Below, one piece after another: positions 36,705 to 46,349 of a stretch of 64,000 nt of DNA. Under the pieces are notes generated by a model. It ran no database searches. It worked only from the letters and a program-made list of their open reading frames with translations, and had not been told where the DNA came from. This DNA is from Candidatus Flemingiibacterium sp. (GTDB lineage Bacteria; Bacillota; Clostridia; Oscillospirales; CAG-272), in contig JAZNMQ010000046.1 in NCBI GenBank assembly GCA_045579745.1, positions 15,301-79,300 of the forward strand, read 5' to 3'. How positions within the stretch are numbered: the first letter of the stretch is position 1; every line of letters begins with the position of its first letter. The position numbers and the translations under genes are program-made.

Positions 36705-37729
36705 AGCGGCATATAAACATTCCGATTTTCATACCGCATCTTGGTTGCCCGAATGCATGCGTATTCTGCAATCAGCGGCGTATTTCGGGAAAGATGAGCT
36801 TTGATGTTTTAGCAGTAGATGAGGAACTAAAAAAAGCCACAAAGACGATTGATTATCAGAACAGCGAGGTCGAGATAGCTTTTTTCGGCGGAAGCTTTAC
36901 GGGGATAGACCGAGAGCAGATGATATATTTGCTCGGGCTTGCAAAAAAATACATCGACCTTGGCAAAGCGCAGTCTGTGCGTATTTCAACCCGTCCTGAT
37001 TATATTGATGAGGAGATACTTGACATCCTCGAAGAATACTGCGTGACGGATATTGAGCTTGGGCTGCAGAGCTTTGATGAGCAGGTGCTTTTAGCTTCAA
37101 AGCGAGGTCACAGCGCGGAGAGAGCTAGACAAGCCTGCAGAATGATAAAAGCGCGCGGATTCAATCTCGTAGGACAGATGATGCTCGGTCTTCCGAGCTC
37201 AACTCTCGAATCCGAGCTGATGACGGCGCGGGAAATTGCTGCTCTTGAATGCGATGCGGCGAGAATTTATCCGACTGTTGTACTTTGCGAAACGGAGCTT
37301 GCCGAAATGCTTAATGACGGCGTGTATACACCGCTTGAAATGGACGACGCGATACGACGCGCAAAGGAAGTGCTTGAGGTGTTCGTTTCGGCGAGGGTTC
37401 CCGTAATACGGCTTGGACTTCACGCGGCTGAGAATATGTCTGACCCGGATATTGTTGAGGGTGGAGCGTATCACAGCGCGCTCGGAGAGCTTGTCTATTC
37501 GGAGCTTTACTATAGCCGTATTTGCAAATATATCGAAGAGCACAATATGCGCGAAAAGCTTGTCGGAAAAGAGCTGACAATTTATGCTCCATGCGGTGAA
37601 ACTTCAAAGGTATCGGGGCAAAAGCGTGCTAATAAACTGCGTATTCAAAATGAATATAATGTAAAAAAAATCAAAATCATTGAAAAATCAGATTTGATTT
37701 GGTATAATATTATTTTAGAGATAAATTAA
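36701..37729 (+). CDS. radical SAM protein (ELP3-like family)
   Basis: CPNACVFC is a CX3CX2C cluster motif near the N-terminus. ATGA overlap with rnc. The position between rnc and smc is common in Clostridia, from memory. Confidence 0.75.
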   Translation: MKRHINIPIFIPHLGCPNACVFCNQRRISGKMSFDVLAVDEELKKATKTIDYQNSEVEIAFFGGSFTGIDREQMIYLLGLAKKYIDLGKAQSVRISTRPDYIDEEILDILEEYCVTDIELGLQSFDEQVLLASKRGHSAERARQACRMIKARGFNLVGQMMLGLPSSTLESELMTAREIAALECDAARIYPTVVLCETELAEMLNDGVYTPLEMDDAIRRAKEVLEVFVSARVPVIRLGLHAAENMSDPDIVEGGAYHSALGELVYSELYYSRICKYIEEHNMREKLVGKELTIYAPCGETSKVSGQKRANKLRIQNEYNVKKIKIIEKSDLIWYNIILEIN

Positions 37730-37757
37730 TTAAACGTGTACGAGGAGGGATTAAACA

Positions 37758-40700
37758 ATGTATTTGAAATCGCTTGAATTGTTCGGATTCAAGTCTTTTC
37801 CCGATCGCACCGTTTTAAATTTTGACCAAGGAGCGACAGTCGTTGTCGGGCCTAACGGAAGCGGTAAATCCAATATCTCCGATGCTATGCGCTGGGTGCT
37901 TGGCGAGGTTTCCTCAAGGCAGATACGCGGCACGAAGATGGAGGATGTAATTTTCGGCGGTACCGATGAGCGCCGTCAGATGAATTTTGCCGAGGTTACG
38001 GTTACATTTGATAATTCCGACAGACAGATAGATATATCATACGACGAGGTTTCGGTAACACGTCGCTATCACCGCAAGGGCGAGAGCGAATATTTTATAA
38101 ATCGCAAGCCCGTTCGCCTGCGTGATATACACGAGCTGTTTATGAATACCGGTGTCGGACGAGAGGGATACTCAATTATCGGTCAGGGCAGAATTGCGGA
38201 AATCATCTCTCAAAAGAGCGAGGAACGCCGCTCGATTTTTGAGGAAGCCGCAGGAATTTCGAAATATCGCTACAAGAAAGAGGAAGCCGAAAATAAGCTT
38301 AAAAATGTAGACGATAACCTGACGCGTCTGAACGATATTATGTCGGAGCTTGAGGGACGTGTTGAACCGCTTGCCCGCGAATGTGAAAGAGCAAAAAAAT
38401 ATCTTGAATATTATGAAATAAAAAAGCGCGACGATGTTTCGCTTTGGATTTGGGATATGGACAAGCTTTCCGTTTCACTCAAAGAAGCGGAGGATCGTCT
38501 GACGCTTGCGAAAACCGAGCTTGATATCGTTACCGAGGCACTCGAATCGTTTGAAAATCAAAACGAGCGCGTTTTTGAAGCCTCGCAGGATTCGAAGTAT
38601 CGCTATGAACAGCTTCGAAGCAGAATCGAAGAAGCTGTAAAAGATATGCACGAGCTCGACAGCAAAATACAAATCACCGAGAACGATATATCTCACCGTG
38701 AAAAACAGCTTGCTGAAAAAACTGAGGCGAAAAAGAAATTTGCCGACAGAACCGCGCAGGTTGAGCTTCAATGCGCGCAGAGAAAGGCAGAGCTTGATGA
38801 AGCTCAAAAAAGAGCTGAGGAGCTCGCGTCTGAGCTTTGCGAAATTGAGAATGCAGGTGAAGCTGCACGGGCAGAGCGTGATGATCTGCGCGATGAGCTT
38901 GACAGACAGCTTGCTGAGATCAAGAATAGCGAGGAGCGACTGGTTGAGCTGAAAATTCGTCTTTCCGTATTGGATTCGACCGAGAAAAGCGATATCGGAA
39001 AAGCGGATTCGATTTCCGAAGAAATAAAGAAGTACAGCGAAAGCTCTGCAATGCTGACATTGCGCGCAGAAAAAGCGGAGAAAACCATCGCTGATTATAA
39101 TGCCAAGAGCGAGGAGCTTCGCAAAAAGTCTGAGCAGTTTGCTTCCTCTATTGCCACGAAGCGATTGGAAAAGCAGGAGCTTATCGACAAATCAAATGAG
39201 GTTTATCTCGAATATACCGCCAAAAAGCACCGTATTGACGCTATACGCCGAATGGAGGAGCTTTTTGAGGGATACACGCAAAGCGTTCGCTTTATAATGA
39301 GCGAATATGAAGCGGGACGAATTGAGGGCACAAGCCGAATCTCGGATCTGAGCGCGACAAGCGGAAGAATTTGGGGACCCGTTTCAAGACTTATAAGCGT
39401 TGGGGCGAGATATACCCTCGCAATCGAAACAGCACTTGGCGTTAATATTCAGAATATTGTTGTTGACGATGAAGCTACGGCAAAGGCATCGATAAATTAT
39501 CTGAAGAAAAAGAGCGCGGGCAGAGCTACATTCTATCCTATCAGCTCAATGAAGCCTCGTTACAGCCAAATTCCGGACGCTGAATGCAAGCGCTATGCAG
39601 GCTATCTCGGAACGGCTGACAGCGTGCTCGAATATGATAAACGCTTTGAGGGAATTATCCGAAATCTTCTTGGCGCAACACTCATTTTCGATAACATCGA
39701 TAACGGTGCCGAAATGGCGAAGGCTACCGGATATAAGGTCAGAGTTGTAACGCTTGACGGTCAGATAATAAATGCGGGAGGCTCGTTTACGGGCGGATCC
39801 TCGAAGAGGGATTCCGGCATGCTGACCCGCCGCACCGAAACAGACAAATTGAAAAATGACTCTGAAGCACTTGCGGCAAAGCTTGAGGAGCTAAAACGTG
39901 CACAATGCCGCTGCGATGCGGAGATTGCTTCAAAGGAAAAGGAACAGTCGATGCTCAATTCTCAGGTGTCGATGCTTATGTCGCTTATCGGAGCTGAAAC
40001 CACACAGCTTGAGGTTATCAGAAGCCAGATAAACGGCGAAAAAAATATGTCCGAATCGCTGGAGCGCGACCTCCAGACCTTAAAGGATGGAGCAGCTGAG
40101 CGTGCGGACGGTATCACAAGGCTTAAAGAGGAATCAGCACAGCTGACCTGTGAACAGGAAAAGCTCTCTGCATCCCGCGAAGCGGGAATCAACAAGCTCG
40201 GAGCACTTGAAGAAGCTCTCGAAAATTATGATATAAAGCGAAGCGAGCTTCTCGTTCGCCGTGCAGAGGTCGGCAAGGATGTCGAAAATGCAGAAAAAGC
40301 ACTCGAGGAAATGCGCAAGCGGCTTAGCGAGAGCATGGCGGAATCTGATGAAAACATTCGCCTTTGCGAAAGCTTAGCAGAGGAGAACATATCAGCTCGA
40401 CAGATGCTTGATGCGATGAATGCGGAGCTTTCCGATGCGAAAAAGCAAATTGACGAGCTCGAGAGTGAACGAGAGTCAACCTCAGTGAAAAATCTTGAAT
40501 TTGACCATAAGCTTAACACTCTGAGAGTTCAGATTCGCGATAAATCAAACCAAAAGGAAGCGTGCTTCCGCGAGCATACGGTAGCTGAAAGCCGATATAA
40601 GAGTCTTACCGATGAGCGCGAAAAGTTGGTCGAAAGACTTTGGGATGAATATGAGCTTACATATTCAGGCGCGAAGGAATGCGCTTATCCGCCTGTCACC

Positions 40701-41381
40701 GAGGAAACACACAAGAGTGTTGCGGCGGAGCTCAGCGAATATCGCTCCAAGCTGAAGGCACTCGGTGGAGTAAATCTTTCTGCGATTGATGAATATGCGG
40801 ACGTAAAGGCTCGATATGATTTCATGAAGGAACAGATTGCCGACCTTACGAGCTCGAAGGAAAATCTGCTTGAGATAATTATTAAACTCGAAACTGAAAT
40901 GCGCGAAACCTTTGTAAGCGCATTCGAGGAGATAGACCGCAACTTTAAGATCGTATTTGAGGAGCTTTTCGGCGGAGGTATTGCCGAGCTTTCGCTCACC
41001 GATCCGAGTGATGTGCTCAGCAGCGGAATTGAGATACGCGTAGCACCTCCTGGAAAAATCATCAAAAGCCTCACGCTTTTGTCAGGCGGTGAGCAGGCGT
41101 TTGTTGCTATCGCGCTGATCTTTGCAATACTTCGCGTTAATCCGACACCGTTCTGTATATTCGATGAGATCGAGGCTGCACTTGATGAGGCAAATGTTTT
41201 CCGCTTTGCCGATTATCTCGGACAGTATTCCGACAAGACACAGTTCATAATAATTACACACCGTCGCGGTACTATGGAGATTGCAGACAGAATATATGGC
41301 GTTACCATGCAGGAGCGCGGAATATCGAAGATCCTTGCACTCGATATAAACGGGGCAGAAGAAAAGATGGGAGAATTGTAA
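37758..41381 (+). CDS. smc: chromosome segregation protein SMC
   Basis: Walker A GPNGSGKSN, long coiled coils, a hinge, the signature LSGGEQA and Walker B FCIFDEIEAALD. Confidence 0.95.
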   Translation: MYLKSLELFGFKSFPDRTVLNFDQGATVVVGPNGSGKSNISDAMRWVLGEVSSRQIRGTKMEDVIFGGTDERRQMNFAEVTVTFDNSDRQIDISYDEVSVTRRYHRKGESEYFINRKPVRLRDIHELFMNTGVGREGYSIIGQGRIAEIISQKSEERRSIFEEAAGISKYRYKKEEAENKLKNVDDNLTRLNDIMSELEGRVEPLARECERAKKYLEYYEIKKRDDVSLWIWDMDKLSVSLKEAEDRLTLAKTELDIVTEALESFENQNERVFEASQDSKYRYEQLRSRIEEAVKDMHELDSKIQITENDISHREKQLAEKTEAKKKFADRTAQVELQCAQRKAELDEAQKRAEELASELCEIENAGEAARAERDDLRDELDRQLAEIKNSEERLVELKIRLSVLDSTEKSDIGKADSISEEIKKYSESSAMLTLRAEKAEKTIADYNAKSEELRKKSEQFASSIATKRLEKQELIDKSNEVYLEYTAKKHRIDAIRRMEELFEGYTQSVRFIMSEYEAGRIEGTSRISDLSATSGRIWGPVSRLISVGARYTLAIETALGVNIQNIVVDDEATAKASINYLKKKSAGRATFYPISSMKPRYSQIPDAECKRYAGYLGTADSVLEYDKRFEGIIRNLLGATLIFDNIDNGAEMAKATGYKVRVVTLDGQIINAGGSFTGGSSKRDSGMLTRRTETDKLKNDSEALAAKLEELKRAQCRCDAEIASKEKEQSMLNSQVSMLMSLIGAETTQLEVIRSQINGEKNMSESLERDLQTLKDGAAERADGITRLKEESAQLTCEQEKLSASREAGINKLGALEEALENYDIKRSELLVRRAEVGKDVENAEKALEEMRKRLSESMAESDENIRLCESLAEENISARQMLDAMNAELSDAKKQIDELESERESTSVKNLEFDHKLNTLRVQIRDKSNQKEACFREHTVAESRYKSLTDEREKLVERLWDEYELTYSGAKECAYPPVTEETHKSVAAELSEYRSKLKALGGVNLSAIDEYADVKARYDFMKEQIADLTSSKENLLEIIIKLETEMRETFVSAFEEIDRNFKIVFEELFGGGIAELSLTDPSDVLSSGIEIRVAPPGKIIKSLTLLSGGEQAFVAIALIFAILRVNPTPFCIFDEIEAALDEANVFRFADYLGQYSDKTQFIIITHRRGTMEIADRIYGVTMQERGISKILALDINGAEEKMGEL

Positions 41382-42289
41382 TGGGATTTTTTGACCGATT
41401 AAAGGAAGGTCTTGCAAAAACAAAAAACACGCTTTTTAAGCAGGTTGATACACTTTTTAAAAACTTCGTGAAGGTCGATGAGGATTTGCTTGAGGAGCTT
41501 GAGGAGCTTCTTATAATGGCAGACGTCGGAGTTGCTTCAACCGAAGCGATAATCGAACAGCTTCGCGAGCGTATCAAGAATGAGCGTATTACCGAGCCTG
41601 AGGAATGCCGAGGGGCTTTGCAGGAGATACTTGTCGATATGATAGGTGAGGGCGAGCCTCTGAAGCTCGAAACTGCGCCGAGTGTCATCCTTGTAATCGG
41701 AGTAAACGGTGTCGGAAAAACGACGTCGATTGCAAAAATTGCAAACAATTTAAAAAATAGCGGCAAGCATGTTGTGCTTGCTGCGGCAGATACATTCCGT
41801 GCGGCGGCTATAGACCAGCTTCAGGTTTGGGCTGAGAGAGTTGGTGTCGAGCTTATCAAGCACAGCGAGGGCTCTGACCCGGCGGCAGTCGTGTACGATG
41901 CAATTAATGCTGCGAAGAATCGAAGCGCAGATGTGCTTATTGTCGATACCGCAGGCAGACTTCATAACAAGAAGAATCTTATGGATGAGCTTGCGAAGAT
42001 CAATCGTGTAATAGACCGAGAGCTGCCCGCGGCTTCCCGCGAAACGCTTTTGGTGCTTGACGCAACGACAGGTCAAAATGCTGTCAGCCAGGCAAAGGAA
42101 TTCAAAAATGCTGCCGATATTACAGGCCTTGTTTTAACAAAACTTGACGGAACGGCTAAGGGAGGCATCGTTTTTTCGATAAAGAACGAGCTTGACATTC
42201 CCGTGAAGTTCATAGGCGTAGGCGAAAAAATGGACGATATGCAGAGATTCGACGCTAATGAATTTGTAAGTGCGTTGTTCGAGGTTTAA
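41381..42289 (+). CDS. ftsY: signal recognition particle-docking protein FtsY
   Basis: NG domain with GVNGVGKTTSIAKIA, DTAGRL and TKLDGTAKGG. The start overlaps the smc stop (TAATG). Confidence 0.93.
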   Translation: MGFFDRLKEGLAKTKNTLFKQVDTLFKNFVKVDEDLLEELEELLIMADVGVASTEAIIEQLRERIKNERITEPEECRGALQEILVDMIGEGEPLKLETAPSVILVIGVNGVGKTTSIAKIANNLKNSGKHVVLAAADTFRAAAIDQLQVWAERVGVELIKHSEGSDPAAVVYDAINAAKNRSADVLIVDTAGRLHNKKNLMDELAKINRVIDRELPAASRETLLVLDATTGQNAVSQAKEFKNAADITGLVLTKLDGTAKGGIVFSIKNELDIPVKFIGVGEKMDDMQRFDANEFVSALFEV

Positions 42290-42416
42290 GTCTTAAAATA
42301 TTGTTCAGGCACGGTTTTGTGACTTTCTTAGCACTCCGTGCAAAGATCCGCTTGGCAAACCACCCATAAAATCCAGATAAGGAAGCTTTCGCCAAACGAG
42401 GGCTACGGTCATAATT

Positions 42417-43025
42417 ATGTTAAAATTGGTTCTTGCATCAAGGAATCCCAAAAAAGTCCGCGAACTTGAAACTTTACTATCGGAACTTTCGTCTAATATA
42501 CAGGTGTTAAGCCTTGATGATATCGGTTTCACAGATGAAATTGTTGAGGACGGAACGACTTTTGCCGAAAATTCGCGCATTAAAGCCCGCGTACCAGCAA
42601 GCCTCGGCTATATTGGAATCGCGGATGATTCGGGTTTGGTTGTGGATGCGCTCGATGGAGCCCCCGGTGTATATTCGGCGAGATATTCCGGTGAGAATGC
42701 AAGCGACGGCGAAAACAACAAAAAACTGCTTTTTGAAATGAAGGATGTTCCGGACGAAAAGCGGACTGCAAGATTTTGCACGGTAGTTTCATGTGTGTTC
42801 CCGAATGGCGAGGAGATGCAGTTTGAGGGAAGCTGCGAGGGCGTAATACTTCGTACTCCGGATGGGGATGGAGGATTTGGATATGACCCGCTCTTTTATT
42901 ATCCGCCGCTCAAAAAAACATTCGCGGCACTTGATGCTGAGCAAAAGAACGCAATCAGTCATCGCGGAATCGCTATGCGGAAATTTGCAGAAGCTTTCAA
43001 AAAGTATGCAGAGCTCTCAAAATAG
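42417..43025 (+). CDS. rdgB: XTP/dITP diphosphatase (RdgB/HAM1 family)
   Basis: LVLASRNPKKVRE, EDGTTFAENS, DDSGLVVDALDGAPGVYSARY, FGYDPLF and ISHRG motifs. Confidence 0.9.
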   Translation: MLKLVLASRNPKKVRELETLLSELSSNIQVLSLDDIGFTDEIVEDGTTFAENSRIKARVPASLGYIGIADDSGLVVDALDGAPGVYSARYSGENASDGENNKKLLFEMKDVPDEKRTARFCTVVSCVFPNGEEMQFEGSCEGVILRTPDGDGGFGYDPLFYYPPLKKTFAALDAEQKNAISHRGIAMRKFAEAFKKYAELSK

Positions 43026-43085
43026 CACTCCGTTTTTCAAATAGGTTAGAAAGGTAGACTTGCTTTTGCAGGTTGAGGTAAATTA

Positions 43086-43385
43086 ATGCTAAACAGCAAA
43101 CAACGCGCATATCTTCGTTCGATGGCTGCCATGTACGATACAATCTTTCAGGTCGGAAAAGGCGGTATAACCGATAATATGTGCGAGCAGATATCAAATG
43201 CACTTGAGGCGAGAGAGCTTATAAAGCTTCGCGTGCTCGACAACTGCGATTACAATGCCAAGGAAGCGGCGAATCTTATCGCGAATGAGGTCGGCGCTGA
43301 TGTGGTGCAGGTTATAGGAACACGATTTGTATTATACCGCGAATCGGTTGACCACAAAAGGATCGATCTTTCAGTAGTTAAATGA
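43086..43385 (+). CDS. yhbY: ribosome assembly RNA-binding protein YhbY (CRM domain)
   Basis: LNSKQRAYLRSMA ... QVGKGGITDNM ... ELIKLRV is the YhbY/CRS1 pattern. 99 aa. Confidence 0.85.
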   Translation: MLNSKQRAYLRSMAAMYDTIFQVGKGGITDNMCEQISNALEARELIKLRVLDNCDYNAKEAANLIANEVGADVVQVIGTRFVLYRESVDHKRIDLSVVK

Positions 43386-44044
43386 TAAAGCTCGGAATTT
43401 ACGGGGGAACCTTTTCTCCGATTCACATGGGGCATGTGGTAGCGGCTCAGGCGTTTTTGCGTAATGCTTGTCTTGACAAGCTGCTCATTATGCCCACTGC
43501 AATTTCGCCGCATAAGAACGTAACTGCCGGCGTAAACGCCGAGGACAGGCTAAAAATGGTCAGGCTTGCATTTGAGGGAACCGAAGAATACAAGAGCGGC
43601 AGACTTGAGGTTTCGGATTATGAGATAATGCGAGGCGGTAAAAGCTATACGGTTTACACGCTTGAGCATTTCAGCCGACCCGATGTCATACTTCATATGC
43701 TTGTCGGAACGGACATGTTTTTAACTCTCGATAAATGGTACCGCTCAGAGGACATCTTCAGACTTGCAGAAATCGTATTGATGCGGCGAGAGATGGATTC
43801 CGACCGCTCTGAGGAAATCGAGAGAAAATGCGAAGAATACATAGAGAAGTATTCAGCAAAAATAAAAATAATACCCGAGCCGCCGATAGTAGTTTCATCT
43901 ACGGAGCTTCGTGAGTCCATAAAGAACGGATGCTCGACAGAGGGATTACTGCCGGATGGCGTTGCTGAGTTTATCTCGAAAAATAATCTATATATGCAAA
44001 GCGAAGGGGAATTATGCTTACCCGAGAACAAGAAAAGCACTTAG
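43382..44044 (+). CDS. nadD: nicotinate-nucleotide adenylyltransferase
   Basis: GIYGGTFSPIHMGH (the (H/T)xGH motif) and the SSTELR motif. ATGA overlap with yhbY. Confidence 0.9.
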   Translation: MIKLGIYGGTFSPIHMGHVVAAQAFLRNACLDKLLIMPTAISPHKNVTAGVNAEDRLKMVRLAFEGTEEYKSGRLEVSDYEIMRGGKSYTVYTLEHFSRPDVILHMLVGTDMFLTLDKWYRSEDIFRLAEIVLMRREMDSDRSEEIERKCEEYIEKYSAKIKIIPEPPIVVSSTELRESIKNGCSTEGLLPDGVAEFISKNNLYMQSEGELCLPENKKST

Positions 44045-44661
44045 CAGATCTTCGTGAGAAAATTGTACCGTATATGGGTGCAAAACGGTTGTCACATACT
44101 CTTGGCGTTGAAAGAGAGATTACGGCTCTCTCAGGCATTTATGCACCTGATGACGAGTATTTGCTTAGAGTATCTGCATTGCTTCACGATATTACAAAAA
44201 AGCTGTCACACAGTGAGCAGCTTGCACTTTGTGATGAATATGGCATAGCGTATTCATCCGAAGAAAAGCAGATGCCCAAGGTGTTTCATTCGAGAACCGC
44301 GGCAATAATAATCGAACGCGATTTTAAAGAATATGCGTATGATGATGTTATTTCCAACATCCGTTTCCATACGACGGGAAGAGCCGATATGACGATCGGG
44401 GAAATACTATTGTATCTCGCTGATTACATTGAGGATACGCGTACCTTTGAGGATTGCGTCAAGCTCAGAAGATTTTTTTATGAGGGTCTTGAGAGGGCAA
44501 ATAGTGAATCGTTGCGCAAAGCCTTGCTCGAGAACACCTTGATGCTGTCATTTGATATGACAATAAATGGACTGTTGGAGGAAGCTTCACCTATTCATGC
44601 GGATACGGTTGCGGCACGAAATTTCCTCGTCTGCCATCGCAGTCAAAACGTCCAACTTTAA
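44014..44661 (+). CDS. yqeK: bis(5'-nucleosyl)-tetraphosphatase YqeK (HD domain)
   Basis: RLSHTLGVE and LLHDITK form an HD motif. Conserved position after nadD, overlapping it by 31 nt. Confidence 0.85.
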   Translation: MLTREQEKHLADLREKIVPYMGAKRLSHTLGVEREITALSGIYAPDDEYLLRVSALLHDITKKLSHSEQLALCDEYGIAYSSEEKQMPKVFHSRTAAIIIERDFKEYAYDDVISNIRFHTTGRADMTIGEILLYLADYIEDTRTFEDCVKLRRFFYEGLERANSESLRKALLENTLMLSFDMTINGLLEEASPIHADTVAARNFLVCHRSQNVQL

Positions 44662-44679
44662 AGAGGTAAGAACAGTCAG

Positions 44680-45903
44680 ATGAAAAATCAAAAAAGACGC
44701 CCCAAAAAGGCGAAATTTTCAATGGGGAAAATGCTGTTGATAGCAATAATGGTCCTGATTGCCGCATCGATAGTGTGTGCAGTTTCCTATCTGCGAAATC
44801 ATCGGCCCTCTGTTGATACAGATGTTCCGTTCGATATCACAACAGTAGGACCGGATACGTCGAATAACGCGGGTCCCCAGGATACAGACGCAGATGTTAC
44901 TCCGGATGAGGAGCAATATGTGCGCGACACAGATGTTGTAAACTTTTTTGTTGTCGGACGGGATAAGGAATCGTGGAATACCGACGTTATGATGATTGTC
45001 AACTTCAATATGAAGGATGGCAGCCTTGGTATACTTCAGATACCACGCGACACATATATTAATGCCGAAGACTACCATGGACGATTAAACGCGGCTCTTG
45101 CAACCTTCCGCAACAGAATACGTACCGATGATCCTAAAATATCCTCAAAAGAGCTGCTTGACTCCGGAATGGGAAAGGTTGTTGAGCTGCTTGAAAAATC
45201 AATGTGCATTCAGCTTGACGGTTATGTGCATGTCGATTTGGCAGGCTTCAAGGAAATCGTAAATGCTATTGGCGGAGTGTATATGGATGTACCCTACGAG
45301 ATGGACTACGAGGATCCGGAGCAGAATCTTTATATCCATCTCGAGCCCGGACCTCAGCTCCTTACAGGTGAAAAGGCCGAAATGTTTGTGCGCTTCCGTA
45401 GCGGATACGTTCAGGCGGATATCGGACGAATCGACGCTCAGAAGATCTTCATGACCGCGCTGTTCAAACAGCTTAAATCAAACCTTTCGATAGCAAGAAT
45501 CCCCGCGCTTGCAGGTCAGATTATAAAATATGTCACTACAGATGTTCCGCTTGAAGATGTTATCATTTATGCTAAGGAGCTTCTTGGCGTCGACATGGCA
45601 AAGGTTTCAATGATGACGCTTCACGGTACAGCTCATCAGACTCAATCGGGTGCGTGGTATTATGTTATGAATCGCGCATCAGCACTTAATATGGTAAACG
45701 AATATTTTAATGTTTACAACAAGGATATAACTGAGGAACTGTTTGACCAAGCCAGAATCTTTACAGACGAGAGCTACGCACCGTTTTCAAATATCTACTA
45801 CGCATCTCCGGATGACGATATCGTAGAGATAAAGCCCGATATTGAAACCGGTGAGCATATCAGCGACGGTGGATTGGTTATTCCCTTAAATCCTAACAAA
45901 TAA
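44680..45903 (+). CDS. LCP family protein (LytR-CpsA-Psr cell-wall polymer transferase)
   Basis: N-terminal TM followed by an LCP core (NFFVVGRDKE ... DVMMIVNFN ... ILQIPRDTYI). Confidence 0.85.
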   Translation: MKNQKRRPKKAKFSMGKMLLIAIMVLIAASIVCAVSYLRNHRPSVDTDVPFDITTVGPDTSNNAGPQDTDADVTPDEEQYVRDTDVVNFFVVGRDKESWNTDVMMIVNFNMKDGSLGILQIPRDTYINAEDYHGRLNAALATFRNRIRTDDPKISSKELLDSGMGKVVELLEKSMCIQLDGYVHVDLAGFKEIVNAIGGVYMDVPYEMDYEDPEQNLYIHLEPGPQLLTGEKAEMFVRFRSGYVQADIGRIDAQKIFMTALFKQLKSNLSIARIPALAGQIIKYVTTDVPLEDVIIYAKELLGVDMAKVSMMTLHGTAHQTQSGAWYYVMNRASALNMVNEYFNVYNKDITEELFDQARIFTDESYAPFSNIYYASPDDDIVEIKPDIETGEHISDGGLVIPLNPNK

Positions 45904-45920
45904 ATTTTGGAGAAAAATCT

Positions 45921-46322
45921 ATGGACAACAACTTTATTGAAGAAAAGCTTCCTGATCTTTCAGGCGCAGAACCAATTGAAATCGCAAAGCAGATTGTTCA
46001 TGTTCTTGATATGAAAAAAGGACGCGATATCAAGCTGCTCAAAGTAGAAGCGCAAACGATTATTGCCGATTATTTTGTTATTTGCGGCGGTACCTCCAAT
46101 ACCAACATTAAAGCTCTTGCAGGCGAGGCTGAGTTTAAGCTCGGTCAATGCGGAGTTGTTCCGCTTCGCATGGACGGCTACAGCGAGGGTGAATGGATTG
46201 CACTTGATTTCGGTTCGGTCATAGTTCACATAATGAATAGAGAAAATCGCGATTTTTACAAGCTTGAAAAGCTGTGGAGCGATGCTGAGAGCATCGACAT
46301 CAGTGATATTTTGATACCGTAA
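45921..46322 (+). CDS. rsfS: ribosome silencing factor RsfS
   Basis: ADYFVICGGTSNTNIKALA ... EGEWIALDFGSVIVHIM ... R.FY.LE.LW pattern of RsfS/IojAP. Confidence 0.88.
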   Translation: MDNNFIEEKLPDLSGAEPIEIAKQIVHVLDMKKGRDIKLLKVEAQTIIADYFVICGGTSNTNIKALAGEAEFKLGQCGVVPLRMDGYSEGEWIALDFGSVIVHIMNRENRDFYKLEKLWSDAESIDISDILIP

Positions 46323-46349
46323 TATTTTATTATAAAGGAATAGATTGCT

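Noticed and set aside
42290-42416. 127-nt gap between ftsY and rdgB, and the 91-aa antisense ORF 42305-42580, as a possible sRNA or small gene.
   Set aside because: There is only a weak 6-bp hairpin with a 21-nt loop. I could find no promoter-like boxes or conserved-looking motif. The antisense ORF overlaps the rdgB start and has no SD.
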